64,000 nucleotides of DNA from an uncultured cyanobacterium (GTDB lineage Bacteria > Cyanobacteriota > Cyanobacteriia > PCC-6307 > Cyanobiaceae): positions 223,581-287,580 of the forward strand of contig CAVYYO010000001.1 of assembly GCA_963772735.1 (NCBI GenBank), written 5' to 3'. A program made the position numbers and the translations under genes. Numbering within the stretch: the stretch's first letter is position 1; the number at the start of each line of letters is the position of its first letter. Under the pieces are notes generated by a model, which saw nothing but the letters and a program-made list of their open reading frames with translations, ran no database searches and was not told the origin of the DNA. Below are positions 20,144-28,618 of the stretch, piece after piece.

Positions 20144-20614
20144 ATGAGCAGCGCGATGAGCAGCCAAGCCCCCAGCACCACCGCCCCTTCCTCCAGCCCG
20201 GCCCCCAGTGCCGGCCCAGCCGCCACCCCCAGCCCAGTCCCCCCCGTCACCCATACCGGGGTCGACGGCAGGGGGATCCTGATCACCGAGCCCGCCATGC
20301 GTCAGCTGGGCACGCTGATGGCCTCCCAGGGCGGCGACAAGGTTCTCCGGGTGGGGGTGCGCTCCGGTGGCTGCAGCGGCATGAGCTACACGATGGATTT
20401 CATCGAGGGATCAGAGATCCTTCCCGACGACGAGACCTACACCTACGAGCCCGACGGTGCGCCCCCCTTCCGGGTGGTCTGCGATCCCAAGAGCCTGCTG
20501 TACATCTACGGCATGCAGCTGGATTTCTCTTCGGCATTGATCGGCGGCGGCTTCAATTTCACCAACCCCAACGCCTCCCAGACCTGCGGATGCGGCAGCT
20601 CCTTCGCCGTCTGA
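20144..20614 (+). CDS. A-type Fe-S cluster carrier (IscA/SufA family)
   Basis: GVRSGGCSGMSY, GGGFNFTNPNA, CGCGSSF. Confidence 0.93.
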   Translation: MSSAMSSQAPSTTAPSSSPAPSAGPAATPSPVPPVTHTGVDGRGILITEPAMRQLGTLMASQGGDKVLRVGVRSGGCSGMSYTMDFIEGSEILPDDETYTYEPDGAPPFRVVCDPKSLLYIYGMQLDFSSALIGGGFNFTNPNASQTCGCGSSFAV

Positions 20615-20685
20615 GATCTGCCTGCCCGGTGGCGCCAGGGCCAGGCGCCGTGGGAATCTGACGATCCTCAGCCATCCCAGCCGCC

Positions 20686-21102
20686 ATGACGGCCCAGCAG
20701 GAATCCCGCTTCGATCAGGCCATTGCCCGCTACCAGCAGGGGGCTGCACCGGAAGAGCTGATCGATGAGTTCCTGGCCATCACCGCCCAGGAGCCTCGTC
20801 AGTCCGCCGGATGGACCTGTCTGGCCTGGCTGCAGTTGCTGCTGGATCAGCCCCAGGCGGCCCTGCCGTCGGCCCGTACTGCGGTGAAGCTCAATCCCCA
20901 GGATCCCCAGGCCCGCATCAATCTGAGTGTGGCGATGCTGGAAACCGGCGCCAAGGGGGTGCGGGAGCACATCGAGATGGTGAAGAGGGTGATTCTGATG
21001 GCCCCTGAACTGGCCGACGAGTTGCACGGCTCGATCGCCGATGGGCTGCAGCGCCGGCCGGGCTGGCAGGCCCTGGAGAAAGTGAAAGCCTGGCTCAGCT
21101 GA
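20686..21102 (+). CDS. TPR-like conserved cyanobacterial protein
   Basis: WTCLAWLQLL, AVKLNPQDPQARINL. Confidence 0.8.
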   Translation: MTAQQESRFDQAIARYQQGAAPEELIDEFLAITAQEPRQSAGWTCLAWLQLLLDQPQAALPSARTAVKLNPQDPQARINLSVAMLETGAKGVREHIEMVKRVILMAPELADELHGSIADGLQRRPGWQALEKVKAWLS

Positions 21103-22324
21103 CGCCGGGCCGGGTCTGGGCCCAGGCCTCAAGCACCGTTTCGGCGATGCGCCTGGAGCCCCCCGGCGCCCCGACTCGCTCGAGGGCCGCCTGGGCGCAG
21201 CGGTCCCGCAGGTCGACGTCGGCCAGCAGTCGCTGGATCAATTCGGCGGCCTCACGCAGTTCGCCGGTTTCGGCCGGGCGCCGCCCCACGGTGTGCACCG
21301 TAGGGCCCAGCAGCCGGTTCTGCGACTCGGCGAAGGCATAGCTGAACTGGGGACCACGGCCCACCAGCTGCACCACCGGCAGGCCGAACCCCACCGCCTG
21401 CTCCACCGCGGTGCCGGCCATTCCCACCACCAGATCACTGGCCGCCAGAATCGCAGGCAGAGCCCTCGGCAGCAGCTGCACCTGGAGGGCACCGTCAGCG
21501 GAACGGAGCACACCCTTCTCCACCAGCTGCCAACCGGCGGCGGCGGCCAGCGGTGCCAGCTCCTGCCAGTGGGGGCTCTCCACCAGGGCGACGAGGAAGC
21601 GCCAGCGACCATCACCGGCCAGGCGGCCCAGATGGCTGCAGAGCCTGAGCATCAGCACCAGGTTATGCAGCGCCTCAGGGAAACGGCTGCCGGGCACCAG
21701 GGCCAGGGTGCGGGTGCTCTCCAGTCGGGCCACCTGGCGCGGGTCGGGGGGAGGCAGATCCATGATCGGATAGCCCCGGTAGAGAGCCTTGCCGAGACCC
21801 TGGGCCTGCAGGTCGCGGGCGGTGAAGGCATCCCTGGTGAGCACCACCCGCACCCGGCGCCGCCTGCACCCCCAGCGGGTGAGGGCCGAAAGCCGCAGCC
21901 GGCCCTCGTAGAAGCTGGAGGTGGAGACCAGGAACACCACCGTGGGGCGGCCGGTGAGCAGGGCGAAGATCAGGGGCACATGGTCGCCGACGCTCACCAC
22001 CAGATCGAAACGGCGACCCTCGCGCCGGGCCACCCGGAGCTGGGCCAGGCTCTGCTGCAGCCAGCCGGCGGCCAGATCCTTCCAGAGATTCAGGCCCTGG
22101 TAGACCATGCCCCCGGACGGCAAGGTGCGACCCTCGTGGAGCAGTGGAATGCCCCGGCGCCGGTAGGCCGAGCCGGCTCCGACGATCGGCAGGGCGGCCA
22201 GGGTGATTGGGGGCGCGCACTGCCGCAGGCCGTCGGCGATCAATCCCCCATTGAGATCCTCTCCATGGCCGTTGCTGATCAGCAGGATCCTGGGAGCAGG
22301 GGGAACGGGCACATGGGACACCAA
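21095..22324 (-). CDS. Lipid-A-disaccharide synthase-related protein (TIGR03492-like)
   Basis: ISNGHGED, LPSGG, LVPGSR, GMAGTAVEQAVG, GPQFSYAFAE. Confidence 0.85.
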   Translation of the reverse strand: MVSHVPVPPAPRILLISNGHGEDLNGGLIADGLRQCAPPITLAALPIVGAGSAYRRRGIPLLHEGRTLPSGGMVYQGLNLWKDLAAGWLQQSLAQLRVARREGRRFDLVVSVGDHVPLIFALLTGRPTVVFLVSTSSFYEGRLRLSALTRWGCRRRRVRVVLTRDAFTARDLQAQGLGKALYRGYPIMDLPPPDPRQVARLESTRTLALVPGSRFPEALHNLVLMLRLCSHLGRLAGDGRWRFLVALVESPHWQELAPLAAAAGWQLVEKGVLRSADGALQVQLLPRALPAILAASDLVVGMAGTAVEQAVGFGLPVVQLVGRGPQFSYAFAESQNRLLGPTVHTVGRRPAETGELREAAELIQRLLADVDLRDRCAQAALERVGAPGGSRRIAETVLEAWAQTRPGVS

Positions 22325-22383
22325 GCACGGTGGAGTCTAGGTTTGGGCTTCTCAGGCTTCCCTGCCTTTCGCCCGCCCATGGC

Positions 22384-22644
22384 ATGAGCGATCCCAGCAC
22401 CGGTCCGGTCAGGCAGCTGCGTCGCATCCTCGATGGGGTGCTGGTGGCCGATGTGTTCCTCGTGCTGGCGGGGGCCCTGTTCTTCGCCGTGGCCGTGCTG
22501 CTGCATGGCCAGCATCTGGACGCTCCCCTGGAACTTTTTCAGCAGCTGTGGCAACCCCTGTTCACCCCGGCCATCGGAGTGCTGATGGCAGCGGCGCTTC
22601 TCAGCGGGGGGCTGGGCTGGTGGCAGCGGCGAGGGCAGCGCTGA
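22384..22644 (+). CDS. Small two-TM hypothetical membrane protein
   Basis: DGVLVADVFLV..., FQQLWQPLFTPAIGVLM; coding-like codon usage. Confidence 0.7.
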   Translation: MSDPSTGPVRQLRRILDGVLVADVFLVLAGALFFAVAVLLHGQHLDAPLELFQQLWQPLFTPAIGVLMAAALLSGGLGWWQRRGQR

Positions 22645-23536
22645 GAGTGGCGAACTGGAAGTGGAAGCCCTGAGCCAGCAACCGCTCGGGTTTCACCTGC
22701 TGGCCTTCCAGCACCACCTTGGCCCCATCACCGAGCAGGAGCTGGAGCAGGGGGCCCGGCACCGGCAGGAGGCTGGGCCGCCCCAGCACCCGGCCGAGGG
22801 TGGAAGCGAAGATTCCCATCCGGGTGGCTTCCGGCGCCACAGCGTTGTAGGGCCCGGCGTAGGCGGGATCCTCCAGGGCGGCGGCGATCAGCCTGCAGAG
22901 GTCGTGGCGATGGATCCAGCTCATCCACTGCTGGCCCGACCCCACCGGCCCACCGAAGCCGGCCCGGAACACGGGCAGCATCTTGCCGAGGGCACCGCCG
23001 TCGGGTCCGATCACGATCCCCAGCCGCAGCACAACAACGCGGCAGTCCTCGGGGGCCGCCTGGACGGCGGCCTCCCAGCGGGCGCACAGCCGGGCCAGGA
23101 AATCGTCACCGGGGGGGCTGGCCTCGGTGAAGCAGGCCTCCAGGCTGGTGCCGTAGTAGCCGACCGCCGATCCACTCACCAGCACCTTCGGAGGGCTGGC
23201 GAGGGCCGCCATCGCCCCCACCAGCTGGTCGGTGGTGACCAGGCGGCTGTCGAGCAGGCGCTGGCGGTAGGCCGGCGTCCAGCGTTGGTCGGCGATCGGC
23301 TCTCCGGCCAGGTTGACCACCCCGTCGGCTGCCGCCAGGGCTTCAAGCAGCGACGGCTGGCGCCAGCTGGCCGGATCGGCCAGATCGAAGCTGAGGTGGC
23401 TGATCCTCGGATCAGCCCCTTCGCTGGCAGGCCCCGGCCGGCGGCTCACCAGGGTCAGCTGGTGGCCGAGGTTGAGCAGGAACGGCACCAGTTCGCGACC
23501 GACGAAACCCGTGCATCCGAGCAGAAGCAATCGCAT
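22601..23536 (-). CDS. TIGR01777 family NAD-dependent epimerase/oxidoreductase
   Basis: GCTGFVG, VVNLAGEPI, SGSAVGYYG, GSGQQWMSWIH, VLEGQQV. Confidence 0.92.
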   Translation of the reverse strand: MRLLLLGCTGFVGRELVPFLLNLGHQLTLVSRRPGPASEGADPRISHLSFDLADPASWRQPSLLEALAAADGVVNLAGEPIADQRWTPAYRQRLLDSRLVTTDQLVGAMAALASPPKVLVSGSAVGYYGTSLEACFTEASPPGDDFLARLCARWEAAVQAAPEDCRVVVLRLGIVIGPDGGALGKMLPVFRAGFGGPVGSGQQWMSWIHRHDLCRLIAAALEDPAYAGPYNAVAPEATRMGIFASTLGRVLGRPSLLPVPGPLLQLLLGDGAKVVLEGQQVKPERLLAQGFHFQFATLSAALAAATSPAPR

Positions 23537-23613
23537 GCCCGACGTTCCCCTCCGTTTCCGTGCTGAGGTTAGGTTCCGGCGGCCCTAACCTGAGTCGATC
23601 GTCTCGCTTCAAG

Positions 23614-23874
23614 ATGGCTGATTCCACTCCCGCCGCTGCAGCGCCGGCCGCTGCTGCCAGCCTGAAGAAGGGCGCCCTGGTGAGGGTGAGCAGAACCGCC
23701 TACACCAACAGCCTGGAGGCCGAGGCCAGCGATCCGGCCGCCCCGGCCTATCTGTTCGAAGGGCCGGGGGAGATCCTCGCCATCCAGGGGGACCATGCCC
23801 AGCTGCACTGGAACCGGCCCGTGCCCGACGTGTGGCTGCGGCTCGATCAGCTCGAGGCGATGCCCGGCGCCTAG
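23614..23874 (+). CDS. ndhO: NDH-1 subunit O
   Basis: LKKGALVRV...NSLEA.ASD...YLFEGPGE...PVPDVWLRLDQL. Confidence 0.9.
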   Translation: MADSTPAAAAPAAAASLKKGALVRVSRTAYTNSLEAEASDPAAPAYLFEGPGEILAIQGDHAQLHWNRPVPDVWLRLDQLEAMPGA

Positions 23875-23898
23875 GGCCATCAGCGCTGGGCGCAGCGC

Positions 23899-24588
23899 CT
23901 AGATCTCCAGCCGGCGCCGCTCCTCCTTCAGCCGGCTGCGGCGCCGGCTGGCTTCGCGCAGCATCTCCTTGCCGTCGTGGAGATAGCTGTCGACGTACCC
24001 CATGGTGTAGCGCTCCAGTTCCACCAGAGCGTCCTGCACCTGGCTGAGACAGTGATAGAGGCTGAGCCCGAAGCCCCGGGCCGCCGTCGGGCAGACCCGG
24101 GAGCGGTAGAGGGTCTCCACCCTGTCCAGGCGCGCCTTGCCCTGGTCGAGGAAAGCGCAGAATGCCTCCATGAGGTCATCGTCGTAGGGATCGGCCGCCA
24201 GGGCCCGCAGCTGGGCTGGGAAGGGATTGATCACCTGGCCGAGCAGCCGGTCGATGGGGCCGTACACCTGCTGCAGCCAGGCCAGCAGCTCCTGGTCGCT
24301 GGCCATGCCGGCGCCCTGATGGCGCGGCGCCGATGATCCCCGCGCGGGGGGGGGGCCGGCGGGGTTGTACCGCGTCCCCATCCGGGTGCATCGGTCGTAA
24401 TCCCGGCGCCGATCACCATCCCCCAGCACCTCCCAGGCCGCATTCAGCTCCAGGATCGTGCTCTGATCCCCACCGGCATCGGGATGGTGGCGTTTGACGA
24501 GACTGCGGTAGGCGGCCTTGATCTCGGCCCTGGTGGCCCCCGGCGAAACCCCGAGGGTGGCGTAGTGGTCGGCGCTCGTCCTGGCCAT
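23899..24588 (-). CDS. J-domain (DnaJ-class) protein
   Basis: HYATLGV, YRSLVKRHHPDAGG, LNAAWEVLGD. Confidence 0.9.
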   Translation of the reverse strand: MARTSADHYATLGVSPGATRAEIKAAYRSLVKRHHPDAGGDQSTILELNAAWEVLGDGDRRRDYDRCTRMGTRYNPAGPPPARGSSAPRHQGAGMASDQELLAWLQQVYGPIDRLLGQVINPFPAQLRALAADPYDDDLMEAFCAFLDQGKARLDRVETLYRSRVCPTAARGFGLSLYHCLSQVQDALVELERYTMGYVDSYLHDGKEMLREASRRRSRLKEERRRLEI

Positions 24589-24652
24589 GCGCTACGGGCG
24601 CCATCAGCCTCCAGCATGGCCGATTCACGCTGCCGACCGGAAGCGGGAGATG

Positions 24653-24676
24653 AAAAAGCCCCCTCGGGAGGGGGCT
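24653..24676 (-). terminator. Intrinsic terminator after porin 1
   Basis: 8-bp stem AGCCCCCT/AGGGGGCT with 4-nt loop, T5 tail on the minus strand. Confidence 0.85.
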
Positions 24677-24705
24677 GACTGGGTGAGGGAAGAAGGGGGC
24701 AGGAC

Positions 24706-26346
24706 TCAGAACTTGAACTGGGTCTGGACGAGGCCGCCGAACACGTTGCTCGATTCACCCGGGGCGGTGTACTGGCCGTTGGGCCGGCTGAGGTAGAAGA
24801 GCGCCGGAGTCACGCTGATGTTGTCGGTGACCTGGAACTTGTACCACCACTCCCAGGCGTAGTTGCCGTCCTGGGGCGTATCGCCGTTGCGGAGGTCGGT
24901 GACGAACACGGGCTGACCCACGGCCATGCCGGCCTGGTTGCCCTTGATGAACACATCGGACCACTGCAGAGCGGCACTCCAGGACTGGCTGGCTTTCCGA
25001 TTCTGGGACTCGTTGAAGGTGAGCGGTGTCGACTGGGACGGCTGGCTCAGGGCGTTGTAGCCCCAGCCGAGGTTGATGGAGGGAATCCAGCCGCTGTTTT
25101 TCGGCTGCCAGGCCAGGGTGGCGGCGAAGTTGTTGGAATAGGCCGACTGGTTATCGCTGGGGCAGGAGACCGAGGCGCGGGCGAAGGTTGTGCCCCGGCG
25201 AAAATTCTGACCGCACTGGATGTAGCTCCAAGCCAGGGCGAAACGCCACTGTTTGCCGGCGATGCCCGCCTGGGTGGTCCAGGTGCCCTCGCTGTTTCCG
25301 TTCAACAGGCCGCCTTCACTCGGATCGCCGACATCACCGTTGGGAGCGATGTAGGCCGTGGACAACGCGATATAAGGGTTGCCTTTCTTGACGTTCTGCT
25401 TCCACATCAGACCAAAGGCCGAGCCGGTGGCCTTGTTGTAAGTGCCGGGGGCGCCATTGAGGGAGAAGAAATCCAGCAGTTCCGATTTATAGAACCATGG
25501 CGTGATCGCCAGGAACTCGGTGTTGCGGGCCCGGGCGCCAAGCAGAGCGGTGAAATCGCTGCCGATCGGAAAGCGATAGTAGAGACGGTCAATGTTGACG
25601 ACGTCGGCAGAAGGGGTGGGCGAGAAGGCCCGATCCAGCGCCATCAGGTTATAGGGGTTGCCGGCGAAGGGGCTGTCGTTGAAGTTGCCACTGCGCAGCC
25701 GGGTATAGAGCAGATCCTTACCGGAGAAGCTGGTGAGGAAATTGAGGCGCAGGTCGTAGTTGAAGACCGTGCCCCCCCAGTTGCGCCGGTTGTTGCGGGG
25801 GAAGGCATTGCCGGCACTGGTCGGCACGCCGGCAGCCGTATTTGCCATGTTCTGGCTGCCACCGAAGGAATTGGCACCGATCACGAAGACCGCGTCACCC
25901 TGGAGCTTGGTTGTGGTGGAGAACTGGGTGGCCTCCAGTTCACCCACCTTGGCCTCCAGGCCATCCACCCGGCCACGCAGCACCGCCAGCTCCTTCTCGA
26001 ACTCGGCCATCAGGCGCTTGAGTTCGTCGGTCACCTCGGTGATGCGGTCGAGGCAGGCGTTGAGCAGGGCCGCCGCTTCGTAGCGGGTCATCGCCTGGCC
26101 GCCCTTGTAAGTGCCGTTGGGGTAGCCGGCCACGCAGCCGTAGCGCTCGATCAGGTTGGAGAGCGCCTGGTAGGCCCAGTCGGTGGGCTTGACGTCGGAG
26201 AACTGTTCGATGCTGGTGACCTGCTCCTCCTCCTCGCTGGCGTACCTGTTGATGCCATCGAGATTGAATTCAGCGGCCTGCACAGCCACGGGCGACAGCA
26301 GGCCGAGCGCAGCAGGAGTCAGCAACACTTGCCGGAAACGTTTCAT
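24706..26346 (-). CDS. SLH-domain OprB-type outer-membrane porin (Som family), copy 1
   Basis: Signal peptide, FSDVKPTDWAYQAL SLH motif, coiled coil, FSTTTKL, C-terminal WEWWYKFQV...QTQFKF. Confidence 0.93.
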   Translation of the reverse strand: MKRFRQVLLTPAALGLLSPVAVQAAEFNLDGINRYASEEEEQVTSIEQFSDVKPTDWAYQALSNLIERYGCVAGYPNGTYKGGQAMTRYEAAALLNACLDRITEVTDELKRLMAEFEKELAVLRGRVDGLEAKVGELEATQFSTTTKLQGDAVFVIGANSFGGSQNMANTAAGVPTSAGNAFPRNNRRNWGGTVFNYDLRLNFLTSFSGKDLLYTRLRSGNFNDSPFAGNPYNLMALDRAFSPTPSADVVNIDRLYYRFPIGSDFTALLGARARNTEFLAITPWFYKSELLDFFSLNGAPGTYNKATGSAFGLMWKQNVKKGNPYIALSTAYIAPNGDVGDPSEGGLLNGNSEGTWTTQAGIAGKQWRFALAWSYIQCGQNFRRGTTFARASVSCPSDNQSAYSNNFAATLAWQPKNSGWIPSINLGWGYNALSQPSQSTPLTFNESQNRKASQSWSAALQWSDVFIKGNQAGMAVGQPVFVTDLRNGDTPQDGNYAWEWWYKFQVTDNISVTPALFYLSRPNGQYTAPGESSNVFGGLVQTQFKF

Positions 26347-26349
26347 TGG

Positions 26350-26358
26350 TCCTCACAC
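26350..26358 (-). promoter_or_regulatory. GTGTGAGGA, putative Yfr1 sRNA target site of porin 1
   Basis: 9-nt complement of the Yfr1 core UCCUCACAC, ending 3 nt before the ATG. Confidence 0.75.
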
Positions 26359-26479
26359 CAAAAAGAGGAAGCCCAAAAAAGGGCGATTCAACTCTATCGG
26401 CAGAATTCACTCCCATGCCCAGACGAAATCACACCTGCATGTATCGCTGAACACGTGGCAATTACCGCCGGCCCCAGAC

Positions 26480-26509
26480 AAAAAAATCCCGGCTGCAGAG
26501 CAGCCGGGA
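26480..26509 (-). terminator. Intrinsic terminator between porin 2 and porin 1
   Basis: 10-bp stem TCCCGGCTGC/GCAGCCGGGA followed by T7 on the minus strand. Confidence 0.88.
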
Positions 26510-26556
26510 CAATCCGAGAACAGTTATGTGAGGTGTGGTTTTGATCCTCGAAAGAA

Positions 26557-28209
26557 TCAGAACTTGAAGGTGGTCTTGACCAGGCCGCCGAAGTTGTTGA
26601 AGGAGTCGTCGTTGCCCTTCTGCAGCTGACCGAGGGGAGCGCTGAGGTAGTAGAGGGCGGGGGTCACACTGATGTTGTCGGTGACCTGGAACTTGTACCA
26701 CCACTCCCAGGCGTAGTTGCCGTCATTGGCGGAAAGGGTATCGTCGTCGCCCGACTTCGTGAAGAAGGTGGGTTGGCCGACGGCCATGCCAAGGGCGTTG
26801 CCCTTGATGAAGGCATCATCCCACTGGAGACCGACGTACCAGGACTGGGTCTGGGCACCGTCGATGACGTCCTTGAAGGCACCGGCGGAAGCGGTATCGG
26901 CGCTGTGGGAGTTGATGCCCCAGCCGCCGCTGATCGAGGGGATCCAGCCGGAGCTGGAAGGCTGCCAGTAGGCGCTCACGCCAACGGAGCTGACGGAAGA
27001 GGAAAGGGCGAAGCCGGTGACCGCCAGAGGGGTGCCGTTGCCGGCATAGAGGCCAGCCTGACCACCTTCAGGGGTGGTGTAGGTGTAGGTCGCCGCCAGA
27101 CCCCAGTTGGGCTTGGTGTAGGCGATCTGGGCGGTACCTGTCTGGGCGGCGCCGTCGGTGCCGATGCCACCCTCGTTCGGGTTGCCATTGTCGCCGTTGG
27201 CCGAGACGTAGTTGGCGCTGATGCTGAAGTCGCCGCTCTTCCACCAGAGGCCACCACCAGCACCGAGGTTCAGGCTGTAGGCACCGGGAGCACCGGCGTA
27301 GGTGAAGATGTCGAGAACGGTGTCAGCAGGGTAGGCACTGGGCCACACCGCCAGCATGTCGTCCTGGCGGACCCGTCCACCAACCGTGGCGGTGAAGGAC
27401 GAACCGACGGGGAACTGATAGAAGAGGCGGTTGATCGCCACCACGTCACCGCAGTCAGCGTCGGTGCCGCAGTTCTCTTCGAAAGCGGCCTCCATGGCAT
27501 TCAGGCCCACCACCGGACCACCGGCCCAGGGACCATCGGCGAAGTTGCCGGCCCGGAGCTGGGTGCGGAGCAGGTCCTTACCGGTGAAGCTGGTGTCGAA
27601 GTTGAGCTTGATGTCGTAGTTGAAGGCGGTGGCGCCTTGCTGGCTCTTGGCAGCGTCCTTGAACCTCTGTCCGGGAAGGACGGAGCCGCCGAGGAGCTCA
27701 GACTCGAACACCGTGGCCCGGGCATCGCCGCCATAGGAGTTGGCGCCGATCACGAAGGTGGCCTTACCGTTCAGCTTGGTGGTGGTGGAGAACTGGTTGG
27801 CCTCCAATTCACCCACCTTGGCCTCCAGGCCATCCACCCGGCCACGCAGCACGGCCAGCTCCTTCTCGAACTCGGCCATCAGGCGCTTGAGTTCGTCGGT
27901 GACCTCGGTGATGCGGTCGAGGCAGGCGTTGAGCAGGGCCGCCGCTTCGTAGCGGGTCATGGCCTGGCCGCCCTTGTAGGTGCCGTTGGGATAGCCGGCC
28001 ACGCAGCCGTAGCGCTCGATCAGGTTGGAGAGCGCCTGGTAGGCCCAGTCGGTGGGCTTGACGTCGGAGAACTGTTCGATGCTGGTGACCTGCTGCTCGG
28101 CGGCGTACCTGTTGACGCCATCAAGGTTCAGCTCGGAGGCCTGCACCACGACGGGCGACAGCAGGCCAAGAGCGGCAGGGGCAACCAGCAGTTGCTGGAA
28201 GAGTTTCAT
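26557..28209 (-). CDS. SLH-domain OprB-type outer-membrane porin (Som family), copy 2
   Basis: MKLFQQLLVAPAALGLL signal, same SLH block as copy 1, terminal KTTFKF. Confidence 0.93.
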   Translation of the reverse strand: MKLFQQLLVAPAALGLLSPVVVQASELNLDGVNRYAAEQQVTSIEQFSDVKPTDWAYQALSNLIERYGCVAGYPNGTYKGGQAMTRYEAAALLNACLDRITEVTDELKRLMAEFEKELAVLRGRVDGLEAKVGELEANQFSTTTKLNGKATFVIGANSYGGDARATVFESELLGGSVLPGQRFKDAAKSQQGATAFNYDIKLNFDTSFTGKDLLRTQLRAGNFADGPWAGGPVVGLNAMEAAFEENCGTDADCGDVVAINRLFYQFPVGSSFTATVGGRVRQDDMLAVWPSAYPADTVLDIFTYAGAPGAYSLNLGAGGGLWWKSGDFSISANYVSANGDNGNPNEGGIGTDGAAQTGTAQIAYTKPNWGLAATYTYTTPEGGQAGLYAGNGTPLAVTGFALSSSVSSVGVSAYWQPSSSGWIPSISGGWGINSHSADTASAGAFKDVIDGAQTQSWYVGLQWDDAFIKGNALGMAVGQPTFFTKSGDDDTLSANDGNYAWEWWYKFQVTDNISVTPALYYLSAPLGQLQKGNDDSFNNFGGLVKTTFKF

Positions 28210-28213
28210 GGGT

Positions 28214-28222
28214 TCCTCACAC
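28214..28222 (-). promoter_or_regulatory. GTGTGAGGA, putative Yfr1 sRNA target site of porin 2
   Basis: Same 9-mer as upstream of porin 1, 4 nt before the ATG. Confidence 0.75.
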
Positions 28223-28457
28223 GGATGTGGCGCAATGCGCCAAACGCACAATCCCCCAAAGGCCCCTCCCCCACCAGCGACCATGTGCCAGAACACACAA
28301 CGTCCGGCAGTGGGGGCTTCCGAGGGGACTGCCCTGAGCCCCCTGCTGATCGAGGAACTGGGGATCGGGCAGCCCTTCGGCCCTTGGCGTGGGGCGCGTC
28401 GTGCTGAATCGCCATGGATCGAAGAAGGAGCCCTAACAGGAGGCCCGAATGAACGAT

Positions 28458-28509
28458 GCCCTCGAAACCGTGTGTCCCAGGTTCCCCTGGTCCTCACGGT
28501 TTCGAGGGC
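28458..28509. repeat. Perfect 15-bp inverted repeat with an internal 5-bp stem
   Basis: GCCCTCGAAACCGTG (28458-28472) / CACGGTTTCGAGGGC (28495-28509), enclosing CCAGG-TTCC-CCTGG. Confidence 0.9.
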
Positions 28510-28564
28510 TCTCGCCGGGTCCGCTCTGGCGCGGAACCGATGGATCAGGAGTCAGCAGCCGTGA

Positions 28565-28618
28565 TCAGCCGGCATTCTCCGCGATCAGCAGACCCTGGGT
28601 GGGACAACTTGGGTTCAT
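28565..28618 (-). CDS. Putative 17-aa small ORF upstream of porin 2 (MNPSCPTQGLLIAENAG)
   Basis: Shine-Dalgarno AGGAGGTG, with AGGAGG 5 nt before the ATG; no homology evidence. Confidence 0.35.
   Translation of the reverse strand: MNPSCPTQGLLIAENAG

Noticed and set aside
28477-28520. Hairpin-TCCTCAC-hairpin on + as a yfr1 gene
   Set aside because: The core is GGTCCTCACGG rather than ACTCCTCACAC, and there is no U-tailed terminator
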